This document shows, piece after piece, positions 7,526 to 17,183 of a stretch of 30,156 nucleotides of DNA. The stretch covers positions 1-30,156 of the IMG/VR virus record IMGVR_UViG_3300027702_000004. The stretch is one strand, 5' to 3'. The translations under genes and the position numbers were made by a program. Source of the DNA: a virus (Duplodnaviria > Caudoviricetes). Under the pieces are notes generated by a model. That model made no database searches. It worked only from the letters and a program-made list of their open reading frames with translations, and was not told the origin of the DNA. Each line of letters begins with the position of its first letter. Position 1 is the stretch's first letter.

Positions 7526-10311
7526 TAGTAACCTCCATAACCACCTTGTTGTGGTGGATTATTTTGTGCGGGCGGTGTTGATGGTGGAGTTTGTTGAGTT
7601 TGCTGAGTATTCTGTTGTGTATTCTGTTGTGTAGTATCTTGATTAACTGGGGTTGATACAGGATCAGAGACAGTCGGTGTTGTGGTTGTGGTAGTGTCGG
7701 AAGAACTTGTTGTGGTTGTTGTGTCCTGACTGTTCACTAGATTAAATCCTGTATCAATAAGTCCAGCCTGTTCTTCTTCTATAGCAGATTGTATCATAGG
7801 ATGACCTACACAGTCAATATATTGTGTGAGTGGCAAGATATTATTATCTCTAATCTCTCTTGGACTTGTGTATGTATATACAGTACTCAACAATGCACCA
7901 GTTCCTGTTCCGTTTTCTGCCTTGTCTTCTACAATAGGTTTAACAAAACCTAATATTGCTTCTGTTACAGTTGCTTTGATTAATCTACCTTGTGAATCTG
8001 TAGTGGCAGATCCAATCTCTCTCTTCTTATCTCCAGAACCAATAGTAATTACTGGATTAACATACTGAGTTCCCACATTTATGATACTAACATCATCTAA
8101 CTTAGGAATTACATCACCACACTTAGCATATATTGCTGTTGCATCTTGTGGTATTACAAGTGTTGGGAACTTATTATTAAAGTTCAATGTGAATTCATGA
8201 CCAGATTTTGTTCTTACTTGTAATCCAACAGTCAAATTAGTATTGAATGATGGATCTATGGTTGCAATAAGTATATGATCTTCATCATAGTCTGTATCAA
8301 CCACTTGTAATATATCAGGAGATCCAGTAATAACTTGTTCTATGTACTCACCATCATTTACATGTTCTTGTAATCCTACTTTATCAACTAATATAGCGTA
8401 CTGTTCGTTAGGGCAATATGTGCTTGCAGGATCAAATCCATATCCTATGCCAGGATTTATAACTTCAATAGAATCAACCTTACCATTTATAATATTTGGT
8501 TTGAATTTAGCACCGCTTCCTTCTGGTTCGTTACATGTAAACTGTGCTTTGACTGTTGCTTCTGCACTAACACCTGATCCTTTCTTTCTCATCAATACGC
8601 CAAGGATCTGTCCTATATCATCAACGATAGGTAATGCTTTGATTGGACTGGTGGACTGCAAGTTATCCCATACCATTTCTGGGAAGCATGGTTTCTTGTT
8701 TAATATAGAGTTAGCACACTGTACTGCTGATGATGCTACGTTACCAGATGAGTCATAGAAATTAAGATCTTCAAATTTCTCTAAAGGTCCTCGTGTATCA
8801 AAGTTTTTGAGTGACAGTCCAGTTGCTACACCAGCTGCACTTTCAAGGTCAACAAGTGCACCACTAGCAGTGTCAAATATTTTCTTCACGCCATTACGAT
8901 CTACTGCAGGAACAAATCCTTTGATAGGTATGCCCTTACCAACGATTGATACAGCATTAGGAGGTTTGACTTTATATTGTGCAATTTGTTTTGCTGCTCC
9001 TTCAAGACCTTTTGGTTTTGCACCAAGACCAGTCTCAAATACTGATGCACCAATAGCACATGATAGTTCTCCATCACAAAATAGATCTATGAAATCACCA
9101 ACCTTGTTAAGTAAGTTTTGTATCTTCTCTGTTGCTCCTTTGATAGCACCCGTAATACCTTTCAATATACCCAATGCACCCGTGATAGCATCCATGAGTT
9201 TCTTCATGATATCACCAAGAATATTTTGTACAAGACATAGTGCAGTGTCTAACACATTTTCTACTAGATCTTTCAATAGTCCTTTTATAAAGTCACCTAA
9301 CTCATCTATTAACTGTTTGAATAAACATGAAACAAGATCTCCAACACTCTTTAATTGATCTCTGACTGCAACATCTAACTCAGGATCTGGCACACTAAGT
9401 TTTTCTAAACCTTCTTGTACAAGTTTGTTGGTTTCTTCCATGACCACACCCTTGATATTAGCAGTCAATCCAGTTAGTTTCTTTTGTATGCGTTGTTGTA
9501 CTAGATTAATTTCGTAGTCTAAATCAACGACAGCACCATCTAATTTATTAACAAATTGATTGATATCATTCTTCTCTATACCACGAGCAAACTTCATAAA
9601 CTCTGCCATAGGTGCTTCTAATTTAGTAGCAGTCTCTGATCCACATTTACCATTACCAACATGGACTGTTACCTTTTGTTTCTCGTCTGCTAACTTTTGC
9701 TTTTCACTCTGTTCTTTTGCTGCACCACGTTCGTTTTTACTATCTTCTGTTCCCTCTTCTGTTTTATGTCCTGCATTATTAGTTGGTGCTTCATCTACAC
9801 CTGTCTCTTCATTAGTTTGAACTGTACTACCAGTATTAGCTGCAGAACTACCATCACCAGTATGGTCACGCCTTTTATAGTCAGTTGATGCTAGTCTTGC
9901 AAATCCTTCTTCTTTACCACCAGCTACGCCATAACTGCTAGTAGGATTCTCATCACTGATTGTTCCCATGACAATAGGAATCTGTGCAGATGTACCATCC
10001 ATGAAGAATCCAACAACCCAACTGTTAAGTTGTAATTGGTGCACTGATCCAATACCAGAACGTTGTGAGTATATGGGTGGCATCAATACCTGTGCCCATG
10101 GTAGATCTGAGGTAGGTAACTCTTTTCTATTTGGAGTATGATATCCTATAATTCTAACCTTAACTTTATTAGTCCAGTCCCAATCTCCATAATCAAAATC
10201 TCCTGCACCACCATCTAGATCAGCATTCCAGAATTTTGCACCATCATTCTCTACCTGTCCAACCCACCAGTTGAACCCTTCTCTACCTATAAAATTAGCA
10301 AGACTTTCCAT
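7525..10311 (-). CDS. gp5-like baseplate hub protein (N-terminal OB-fold)
   Basis: FNWWVGQVE, KVKVRIIGYH, LPTSDLPWA and WVVGFFMDG..AQ.P.VMG are typical of the T4 gp5 OB domain. Confidence 0.85.
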   Translation of the reverse strand: MESLANFIGREGFNWWVGQVENDGAKFWNADLDGGAGDFDYGDWDWTNKVKVRIIGYHTPNRKELPTSDLPWAQVLMPPIYSQRSGIGSVHQLQLNSWVVGFFMDGTSAQIPIVMGTISDENPTSSYGVAGGKEEGFARLASTDYKRRDHTGDGSSAANTGSTVQTNEETGVDEAPTNNAGHKTEEGTEDSKNERGAAKEQSEKQKLADEKQKVTVHVGNGKCGSETATKLEAPMAEFMKFARGIEKNDINQFVNKLDGAVVDLDYEINLVQQRIQKKLTGLTANIKGVVMEETNKLVQEGLEKLSVPDPELDVAVRDQLKSVGDLVSCLFKQLIDELGDFIKGLLKDLVENVLDTALCLVQNILGDIMKKLMDAITGALGILKGITGAIKGATEKIQNLLNKVGDFIDLFCDGELSCAIGASVFETGLGAKPKGLEGAAKQIAQYKVKPPNAVSIVGKGIPIKGFVPAVDRNGVKKIFDTASGALVDLESAAGVATGLSLKNFDTRGPLEKFEDLNFYDSSGNVASSAVQCANSILNKKPCFPEMVWDNLQSTSPIKALPIVDDIGQILGVLMRKKGSGVSAEATVKAQFTCNEPEGSGAKFKPNIINGKVDSIEVINPGIGYGFDPASTYCPNEQYAILVDKVGLQEHVNDGEYIEQVITGSPDILQVVDTDYDEDHILIATIDPSFNTNLTVGLQVRTKSGHEFTLNFNNKFPTLVIPQDATAIYAKCGDVIPKLDDVSIINVGTQYVNPVITIGSGDKKREIGSATTDSQGRLIKATVTEAILGFVKPIVEDKAENGTGTGALLSTVYTYTSPREIRDNNILPLTQYIDCVGHPMIQSAIEEEQAGLIDTGFNLVNSQDTTTTTSSSDTTTTTTPTVSDPVSTPVNQDTTQQNTQQNTQQTQQTPPSTPPAQNNPPQQGGYGGY
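7528..7730 (-). repeat. Low-complexity Thr/Gln/Pro tail with a 12-bp tandem repeat
   Basis: gtattctgttgt occurs twice in tandem near 7607-7630. The protein reads TQQNTQQNTQQTQQ...GGYGGY. Confidence 0.7.
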
Positions 10312-11561
10312 TATGATTCCTCACCATCTGAGTCTGTATATAATGTGATTTTAGATGACATTTTATCTTCACTAGATTTGAATGTTCTTTCAACTCTACC
10401 GATAACATATTTACCAGAGGTTGCAAAGTCTTGCTCTCGATCACTCGTACCTTTATATACATCTAACTGTACTACCTCACCTATCTCTAGTGAGTAATCT
10501 GCAACAAGCTCTACAACTACTTTTTTACCATAAAATAATTTTTCCCTTAAACTGGATTGTGAAAGTTGCTTTGTAAATCCCTGTGTATATGTGCCTTCGG
10601 TAAACAAAGCAGAGTCAGATAATTTGGACATAATTCTAGTATATGTTACGTTGGTATCAAATCCCTTGTAAAACTCTGGTACTCTCCTTGAGTTCATTAC
10701 ACTAACGTCTTGATAATATTTATTGATGCTAAAAGGATGTTGCTCAAATTTCATGTCTTTTATATCTAATGTCATCACATTACTAGAGTATGAACCTAAG
10801 TTCAATCCTTTCAATAAATCAACTGACGTTTCAATAGTTAGTTTATCTAAAGCAATGATACCTGTATCTTCTTCATCTTCTAACTCTCCACCCTCATGTC
10901 CTACAACCATTCTCACTACTGGTTCTTTACTGGCAAATGAATCGTATGAAACAAAATTATATCCTGATCTTGTCTCATAGAAAGCATATCCTGCAGTTGC
11001 ATTCTTACCACTACCTTTTGCAGCTGGTATTGCCTTGGTAGCTAACCATCTTATTGCAGTAAATGGATTCCAGTACGGTGATACGAATGAGAAATTATTG
11101 ACACATGGTTCAAAGTTTAATAACTTAGATTCATCAACACCAATCAAGTCTATCATTATTTCTTTTCTCACTACCTCATGTATTTTTTTACCTAAACCTT
11201 TACCAAATCTACGTGATATTTTGTTAGCAGCGTTGTTTAAAAAATCAACCCTACACATCATCAGTACTGCAGATGATTTACCACCTATATTTCTTCTATC
11301 TTGTATATCGTATATAACAAAGTCTCCTCCAATTTCAGTTGCACCTTCACTGTCTCCAATACGAATAAACACGTTCTCCATACCTGTTAGTTCAGATATA
11401 AAACCAGTCTCAGTATCTGTAACCTGTACTTCCATAAGCATAGTAGCAGACATGATATCCTCAGTGTATTTTACATACAACACTTGATTAACTCCAATGG
11501 GAGGATAGTCCGCAATGAAGAATTGGTAAAGATTAAAATTTGACTGAGTATTAACTGACAT
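10311..11561 (-). CDS. Putative baseplate hub protein (gp27-like)
   Basis: 416 aa directly upstream of gp5. PYWNPF.AI.WL, Y.FYET..GYNF.S and SGKYVI motifs. Confidence 0.65.
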   Translation of the reverse strand: MSVNTQSNFNLYQFFIADYPPIGVNQVLYVKYTEDIMSATMLMEVQVTDTETGFISELTGMENVFIRIGDSEGATEIGGDFVIYDIQDRRNIGGKSSAVLMMCRVDFLNNAANKISRRFGKGLGKKIHEVVRKEIMIDLIGVDESKLLNFEPCVNNFSFVSPYWNPFTAIRWLATKAIPAAKGSGKNATAGYAFYETRSGYNFVSYDSFASKEPVVRMVVGHEGGELEDEEDTGIIALDKLTIETSVDLLKGLNLGSYSSNVMTLDIKDMKFEQHPFSINKYYQDVSVMNSRRVPEFYKGFDTNVTYTRIMSKLSDSALFTEGTYTQGFTKQLSQSSLREKLFYGKKVVVELVADYSLEIGEVVQLDVYKGTSDREQDFATSGKYVIGRVERTFKSSEDKMSSKITLYTDSDGEES

Positions 11562-12895
11562 TAGAATTGAGAAGTCCTGTTATAGAGATCGAGGTATCCA
11601 GATTTTTTGATCTTTGGTTGAGCAAGTTCGCCACCCTCTTGTTGCATAGGTGGTGGACTTGGTGCACCTGCAGCGACAGCAGCACCAGTTCCTGCAGCGA
11701 CATCAATTTGTTTCTGTGTCTTGGCGTCAGCACTCTCTCTATTCTCTTGTATAGTTTTATCAGTCAGTTCAGTTAGGTTAGTTGTCTGTTCAGTTTTTGG
11801 TGCAAATATATTTTTGATACCACCGAATGCTTTCATACCAAGTTTCAAACCCATACCCATGGGTGTCATAGCAAATGCTTTCTTAGCTATACCACCTAGT
11901 CCATCTTTACCCATCTTACCAGCTAATCCTTTTGCACCCTTGAGTAAACCTTTGCCCGCATTGAATGCCATACCCATAGGTGTTAGACCAAACAACTTAG
12001 ATGCCATTGATCTAGTTTTCTTAATAGGTTGCATAGCTCTGCCTGAGCCATCACCCATGCCTATACCATCAGCAGTTCCTGTATATGGTGCACGTCTTCC
12101 AAATGTAGGATCTCCCGATGCACTTGGTAACAAATTCTGTTGTGGTGCTGATGGTAGTTGTGGTTGATCTCCACCACCTCCTGAGTCTCCACCACCCATT
12201 TTACCCCTGACAAAATTAATTGCCTTGGCAAGAAGACCACCAATAACACTTCCTCCCTTCTTATCATCTTTCTTATCGTTATCTTCTTCATCGTTAGCAA
12301 CTTCAGCACTAGCAGCACCTAACTTGAATGAATTAGATATCTTAGATATATTTCTATTCAATATCTTAGATGCTTCCTTACTTGGTGCAGGAATCTTCTC
12401 TAATAAATCTGTCATTGCAACAGCAGCAGATTTAGCAGGGAGTGCTAAGGCATCCATAAATGCCTTCTTCATCTTAGGATCTATTTCAAGATTATCTTCT
12501 AAATCTTTCTTGACCTTTTCTTTGACATCTTTCTCACCTATTCCTGCATCTTCTAACTTATCTACCTTTGGTATGTCTCCTGCTTCTTTTGGAGGTGATA
12601 CAAATCCTCTCGCTTTATCTCTATTTTCTTTGAATTGTCTTATCCTTTCTTTCTTATCATATATTGTATTACCTTCAGCATCTTTACCATATGCAGCTAC
12701 AGGGTCTGGTACGAGATTTGCAGCTGGTAACGCCTTTGGTGCTACTACTGGTTTGGGTGTTACATCAGTTGCAGATACATCAATGGTCTGTTTAGACGCA
12801 GGAAGATCCATTGCCTTTGTAAGGGCACTAGGATTAGCGATGAACTTGGAAAGTCCAACACCCTGTTTCGACATAGCTGGAGGTAATGCTTTCAT
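11561..12895 (-). CDS. Tape-measure-like / tail-associated protein
   Basis: 444 aa, K/G/A-rich amphipathic segments with a TPMGM repeat; position upstream of the hub gene. Confidence 0.55.
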   Translation of the reverse strand: MKALPPAMSKQGVGLSKFIANPSALTKAMDLPASKQTIDVSATDVTPKPVVAPKALPAANLVPDPVAAYGKDAEGNTIYDKKERIRQFKENRDKARGFVSPPKEAGDIPKVDKLEDAGIGEKDVKEKVKKDLEDNLEIDPKMKKAFMDALALPAKSAAVAMTDLLEKIPAPSKEASKILNRNISKISNSFKLGAASAEVANDEEDNDKKDDKKGGSVIGGLLAKAINFVRGKMGGGDSGGGGDQPQLPSAPQQNLLPSASGDPTFGRRAPYTGTADGIGMGDGSGRAMQPIKKTRSMASKLFGLTPMGMAFNAGKGLLKGAKGLAGKMGKDGLGGIAKKAFAMTPMGMGLKLGMKAFGGIKNIFAPKTEQTTNLTELTDKTIQENRESADAKTQKQIDVAAGTGAAVAAGAPSPPPMQQEGGELAQPKIKKSGYLDLYNRTSQF

Positions 12896-12896
12896 G

Positions 12897-14729
12897 TTAC
12901 TTGTACTTCAGAACGTAGTTGGAAGTTTTATCCATAGGACCTATCTGCAACTCTATTGCTTCGTCTATCTCATGTTGATCCATCCATTTATATACTATAA
13001 CTTCTTTAGGTGGCATATTAACAGGAACTACTCTTGGTGCAACAACCACATTTCCTGATGAATCTTTTGATCCTTGTGTTACTGGTTCTTCATTTAAAGT
13101 CTCTTTTGATCCAGATCCAGATGGTGCTGATATTGCACTACCTGTTCCAGATGCAGTCTTAACAGCACCTGATGATTTTGTTTCTGATGTAACAGGATCA
13201 ATATTTGGGATCCATTTATTTTTACCAGGTTGCAACCACTTATCATTTTTCTCATTGTTTTCATAATCAAAATGTACTGGATCTCCTTCACCTTGCCATT
13301 CAAACCCAAACTTCTTACCTTTCTCTCTCATCCATTCGTTTGCTTTTGAGTAGAAGTCAATATCAATTGCCCAACCTTGTCCATGTGGTGACTGTCCTAC
13401 AGGTGCAGGATTTATGGCGTTCTCATCGCCCGCTTCAGCTGCATTTATCAATGCTTGTTGCTGTTCTGGACTTCTATATGAAGATGACACACTCATAGGC
13501 AAGTTTATACCATCTTTTGCTGCACGATTTACTGCCTTCTTCCATGCCTTCATAGTCGGTGGATTCAAGATGATCGGTCTCCCATACATATCCCTACTAG
13601 GATCTGGAGCTGGTGCTGCTCCAACTTGGTCTTCTGCTTTCTTTTGACCTGGCAATACGCCCATGTCTTTAGCAGCAAGTGTTGCATCAAGTCCTATGGA
13701 TATAGCAGTTCCTGCACCAGGTATCATAGATGCTGCACCAGACATAGCTTCAAGAGCAGCACCCTTGAAGTCGCCCGCCATCAGTCGTTGTCCTGCAAAT
13801 AACAATCCTGCACCAAGACCTACAAATGGTATCTTCTTAAGTAACCCTTTACCTAATGCTTTTGCACCTACTTTTGCTACTGCCTTACCACCTAGTTTAG
13901 TAGCGATCTTCTTAGATCCTTTCTTTAACAGTGCCATTGATGCTTTCTTTGCACCCTTCACCAACTTAGTACCTGATGCTGCTACTTTTCTTATACCTTT
14001 TCCTGCCTTTCCACCATATTTTTTTAATAACTTAAGACCTTTACTACCAGTCTTTTTAAGGTTCTTTAGCATCCTCATAGGGTTACCCATGAATGATCTG
14101 GTTGATTTCTCTGGTGTCTGTTCTGTAGTTTTAGTTACTGGTGCACCAGTTGCAGTTTGTTTTTTGCCACCCCACCATACTAATGGTGCTTTCAATCCAA
14201 TAGTTGCTTGTGGTTTTGGTGTCTCTGCTATTCCAAATATACCTTTTAATCTATTTGCTTCTGCTATTACACTAGCTTTAGCAGGAGATGGAGGTAGTGT
14301 TTTTAAGAAACCTAATGATGAACTTATTATTAATGATGCACCTTGTTTGTATATCTGTTCTACTGACTCACCATAATCTTTGACTGGTTGTACAATCTCT
14401 GGTTCTTTTTCACCAACCTTTGCAATAGTCTCACGTTTAACTATACCACCTTTCTCTAGTGCAACTTCTGGTTTCTTTTCGTATGGTAAGTTTCTCTGTT
14501 GTGCTACTTCTTTTATTGCTTCTAGTACTACTTCTTCATATTTGTCTTCGTTCTCTGGTTTCTCTATAGGTGTTGTCGTTCCATATGATTTATCTACAGC
14601 CTCTACAGGTATTGGTGCTATAGCGGGAACTAATTTTGTATCGTCACTAGATTCAATTGCACCAGCTATCCCAACAGCAAGGTTCTTTGCTGCCTTTTTG
14701 AAAAAACTAGTAATTACGGAAGTGTCCAT
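12897..14729 (-). CDS. Tape-measure-like protein with peptidase M15 (VanY-like) domain
   Basis: SSYRS.EQQ, SPHGQGWAID (SxHxxGxAxD) and DPVHF zinc-peptidase motifs; KKIPFVG..AG and IPG.GT..S.G.D motifs of T4-like tail proteins. Confidence 0.75.
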   Translation of the reverse strand: MDTSVITSFFKKAAKNLAVGIAGAIESSDDTKLVPAIAPIPVEAVDKSYGTTTPIEKPENEDKYEEVVLEAIKEVAQQRNLPYEKKPEVALEKGGIVKRETIAKVGEKEPEIVQPVKDYGESVEQIYKQGASLIISSSLGFLKTLPPSPAKASVIAEANRLKGIFGIAETPKPQATIGLKAPLVWWGGKKQTATGAPVTKTTEQTPEKSTRSFMGNPMRMLKNLKKTGSKGLKLLKKYGGKAGKGIRKVAASGTKLVKGAKKASMALLKKGSKKIATKLGGKAVAKVGAKALGKGLLKKIPFVGLGAGLLFAGQRLMAGDFKGAALEAMSGAASMIPGAGTAISIGLDATLAAKDMGVLPGQKKAEDQVGAAPAPDPSRDMYGRPIILNPPTMKAWKKAVNRAAKDGINLPMSVSSSYRSPEQQQALINAAEAGDENAINPAPVGQSPHGQGWAIDIDFYSKANEWMREKGKKFGFEWQGEGDPVHFDYENNEKNDKWLQPGKNKWIPNIDPVTSETKSSGAVKTASGTGSAISAPSGSGSKETLNEEPVTQGSKDSSGNVVVAPRVVPVNMPPKEVIVYKWMDQHEIDEAIELQIGPMDKTSNYVLKYK

Positions 14730-14890
14730 TAGCGTCGGTTTTCTTCAGCGATGCGATCTCTCTCCTTCTGGAGATGAGTTGCTAACATGTTCACATATAC
14801 TTCCCGTTCCCACGGGATCATATTTTCTATATCTGTCAAGCTATATTTATGGTGTTGAACGAGAGAAAAATTAGTTTGGTAGAAGACCAT
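14729..14890 (-). CDS. gp51: gp51-like baseplate hub assembly protein (53 aa; possibly made as a gp26 frameshift fusion)
   Basis: Translated by hand: MVFYQTNFSLVQHHKYSLTDIENMIPWEREVYVNML. TAATG overlap with the next gene. Confidence 0.85.
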   Translation of the reverse strand: MVFYQTNFSLVQHHKYSLTDIENMIPWEREVYVNMLATHLQKERDRIAEENRR

Positions 14891-14893
14891 GAT

Positions 14894-14923
14894 GCCCTCG
14901 TGGAAGAGGGCTATGCGAAAAAA
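14894..14923 (-). promoter_or_regulatory. Candidate -1 programmed ribosomal frameshift signal
   Basis: Slippery heptamer T TTT TTC (14923-14917), 5-nt spacer, then hairpin GCCCTC-TTCCAC-GAGGGC (14911-14894). Confidence 0.7.
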
Positions 14924-15609
14924 TCAGATAATCCTTCCAGTACTACCTCATTTGCAACTTTAGTCTTAGGATTTTTGACCTTCAATACATGCTTAAGAGT
15001 TGGCATGGTCTCAAAAAATGCTTGTATCTTATCAAACTGTGCATTGGTTAATCCTTCTACCCACTTCTTTGACTCCTCAACAGAATCTGCAGTGTAATCA
15101 TCTTCACCCACATAAACTCTCTTGATACATTTAGCGACTAACTCATATGCATCTGGTTCTTCACCTATGAAGTTGACCTTAGTAAAGTAATCTAGATCAG
15201 GATACTTCATCTCGACAGTAAGATCATCATCTATTTTAATTACGTTAGTATGTCCTTTGGGGAAATTGACTTTGACATCATCTACCATAAATTTTACATC
15301 CACAGTAGTCTCTCCATCATCAGCACACGTAACTTTCATCTCAATCTCCTCACTGATTGATCTAGCACGTATCTGTAAAAATAAGTACTCGATATCAAAC
15401 AGTGCCATGTCCTCTACTTTGATTTTTGTATGCAGACAGTTCTGGATAGTCTTAGTTATAGCGTCTAATATTTGTTCTTGGTCATCGTTCTCCAATGCCA
15501 ATATTAATAACTTTTGTTCCTTGACTAGGAATGGTCTATACTTTACTCTCTTCTTTGTAGAAGGGACTGTCAATGTATAGATAGGCGTTGCAATCTCAGG
15601 TAATGCCAT
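14911..15609 (-). CDS. gp26: gp26-like baseplate hub subunit
   Basis: MALP.I.TP.Y.L, YRPFLVKEQK, FDIEYLFLQIRARS and C-terminal LEGLSDFF. Confidence 0.9.
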   Translation of the reverse strand: MALPEIATPIYTLTVPSTKKRVKYRPFLVKEQKLLILALENDDQEQILDAITKTIQNCLHTKIKVEDMALFDIEYLFLQIRARSISEEIEMKVTCADDGETTVDVKFMVDDVKVNFPKGHTNVIKIDDDLTVEMKYPDLDYFTKVNFIGEEPDAYELVAKCIKRVYVGEDDYTADSVEESKKWVEGLTNAQFDKIQAFFETMPTLKHVLKVKNPKTKVANEVVLEGLSDFFA

Positions 15610-15640
15610 AATTTATAATTTCAGTATATTATATAGTAGC

Positions 15641-16321
15641 TCAACTGAAGGTCATTAAATGACTATACTCGTAGTAAAACCCAACAGTTGCCTTAACAAG
15701 TTGTGCAGGACCTGCAGAGAATGGTATTGATGCTACAGTGTATGGATATGCTTTTACAAGTCTAGCATTCCATGGGTTTTTGTAGTCTCCATTATCTCCC
15801 CCTAAGTCTTTGGGTTCTCCTTGAGGTGAATTATATTTTTCTAACTTACTGATAAACATATCACATGCATAGTCCTCATAGTAATTAGATGCGAATGCTC
15901 TCTTATATGGTTGATCGTCATAGAAGAACTCAGGATTACCACCAACTCCATTTGAGGTGAAGTCTTGCCATGCTCTAAAAAATCTTAATGGTAATGATGT
16001 ACCATCCATAAAGAAACTAACATCTAATTCATTATATACCTTTGCTGTTGCCATCTTTTGTGTGATACCTTTATGCACTGACTTAACATCAAATGCTGAG
16101 TATGTCACACCTGGCAACTGTATCTCATTGCATAGTAACTGTAAGTTTATTGTATCACCATTATCTGTTAGTTTTAAAAACTCATCAAACACATTATCTT
16201 TAAAAAATTTCTCTAACCTTGGTGTTGGTTGAAAAGAAAACTGGTATAAATTAGACGCAGAGATACCACCAGACTTGCCGATAGCCTGCATGAAATTCTG
16301 TAGTCCTCTTGCGGATGCCAT
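15641..16321 (-). CDS. Tail tube-like protein (gp19/gp54 family)
   Basis: GG...SNLY, LLC..IQLPG, FF.AWQ, L..AYP..V and V.F.YEY motifs. Confidence 0.7.
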   Translation of the reverse strand: MASARGLQNFMQAIGKSGGISASNLYQFSFQPTPRLEKFFKDNVFDEFLKLTDNGDTINLQLLCNEIQLPGVTYSAFDVKSVHKGITQKMATAKVYNELDVSFFMDGTSLPLRFFRAWQDFTSNGVGGNPEFFYDDQPYKRAFASNYYEDYACDMFISKLEKYNSPQGEPKDLGGDNGDYKNPWNARLVKAYPYTVASIPFSAGPAQLVKATVGFYYEYSHLMTFS

Positions 16322-16354
16322 AAATAACCGTATGGTTTGTTATATGTATTTATG
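16319..16354. promoter_or_regulatory. Pair of divergent late-promoter-like boxes (CATAAATA on each strand)
   Basis: CATAAATA on + at 16319-16326 and on - at 16347-16354. Each contains the start codon of the gene on the opposite strand. Confidence 0.6.
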
Positions 16355-16813
16355 CTGAATTTTAAAAAAGGAAAGTATAGAGTGAAAAACTATAGGAAAT
16401 ACATGGGTGACCCCACTGGGGTTGTGTATCGTTCTGGTTGGGAACATGAAGTAATGAAGTGGTGTGATGCCAATCCAAATGTGAAAAGATGGTGGTCTGA
16501 AGAGATTGCTATACCATATAGAAAGCCTACAGATGGCAAGTTTCATAGGTATTTTCCTGACTTCTATTGGGAAATAGTTCAGGACGGAAAGTTAAAAAAA
16601 TATTTAATTGAGGTCAAACCCAAGAGACAAACAGAGAAACCTAAGAATCCACGAAGCAAAACTTATTTGAAAGAATGTAAAGAGTATGCAGTCAATCAAG
16701 CAAAATTTATCGTTGGCAGGGAGTGGGCATTAGATCATGGAGCAGAATTCGTCGTCATCACAGAACGAGACCTCAAGATTCGATGGACTGGTAGAAAGTC
16801 TAAAAGGAAGTAA
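16352..16813 (+). CDS. gp4: gp4 head completion protein (TnsA-like nuclease fold)
   Basis: KY.GDP..VVYRS.WE, W.SEE..IPY, HRYFPDF and IEVKP motifs. ATG at 16352 preferred to TTG at 16337. Confidence 0.9.
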   Translation: MLNFKKGKYRVKNYRKYMGDPTGVVYRSGWEHEVMKWCDANPNVKRWWSEEIAIPYRKPTDGKFHRYFPDFYWEIVQDGKLKKYLIEVKPKRQTEKPKNPRSKTYLKECKEYAVNQAKFIVGREWALDHGAEFVVITERDLKIRWTGRKSKRK

Positions 16814-17183
16814 GATATCTAATTCCAAACTTAGAGACGAGGTATTTAATCTACTATTAGATGATGCTACTGAGTCACCTAGTGCAGGAAAGTTTTATAT
16901 CTTTGAATACGATCCTAAATTTGCAGACAAATTGAAGGAATGGGATGCATATCCTATCATATATGCTATGGAATTTAAGAAAAATAATCTAATTGGTGCA
17001 AATATTCATTATATACGTACAACAAATGCTCGATTAAAGGCACTAAATAGTATGAGTTTCCCTAAAAAAACTTTACGTCAATATATACCTAAAAGAGCTG
17101 ATAGCATCTTTTTTGAAATAAAGGAAAGTGAAGTGCAATTATTAAGTACATTGCCTCTAGAAAAATTTCATTACAATAGATAA
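16737..17183 (+). CDS. gp2: gp2-like DNA end protector protein
   Basis: GKFY.F.YDPK...L..WD..P and G.N.HY motifs; adjacent to gp4. Confidence 0.7.
   Translation: MEQNSSSSQNETSRFDGLVESLKGSKISNSKLRDEVFNLLLDDATESPSAGKFYIFEYDPKFADKLKEWDAYPIIYAMEFKKNNLIGANIHYIRTTNARLKALNSMSFPKKTLRQYIPKRADSIFFEIKESEVQLLSTLPLEKFHYNR

Noticed and set aside
12891-12900. Frameshift or read-through joining the two tape-measure-like ORFs
   Set aside because: A clean TAA-C-ATG junction with no slippery heptamer or hairpin.
19-16232. Many long plus-strand ORFs (for example 12225-13058, 13663-14376, 8807-9358)
   Set aside because: They are antisense shadows of recognisable minus-strand genes, expected from codon bias, and carry no motifs.
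16352-16813. Tn7 TnsA transposase
   Set aside because: The fold is shared with gp4; the context is virion assembly with no transposon ends.
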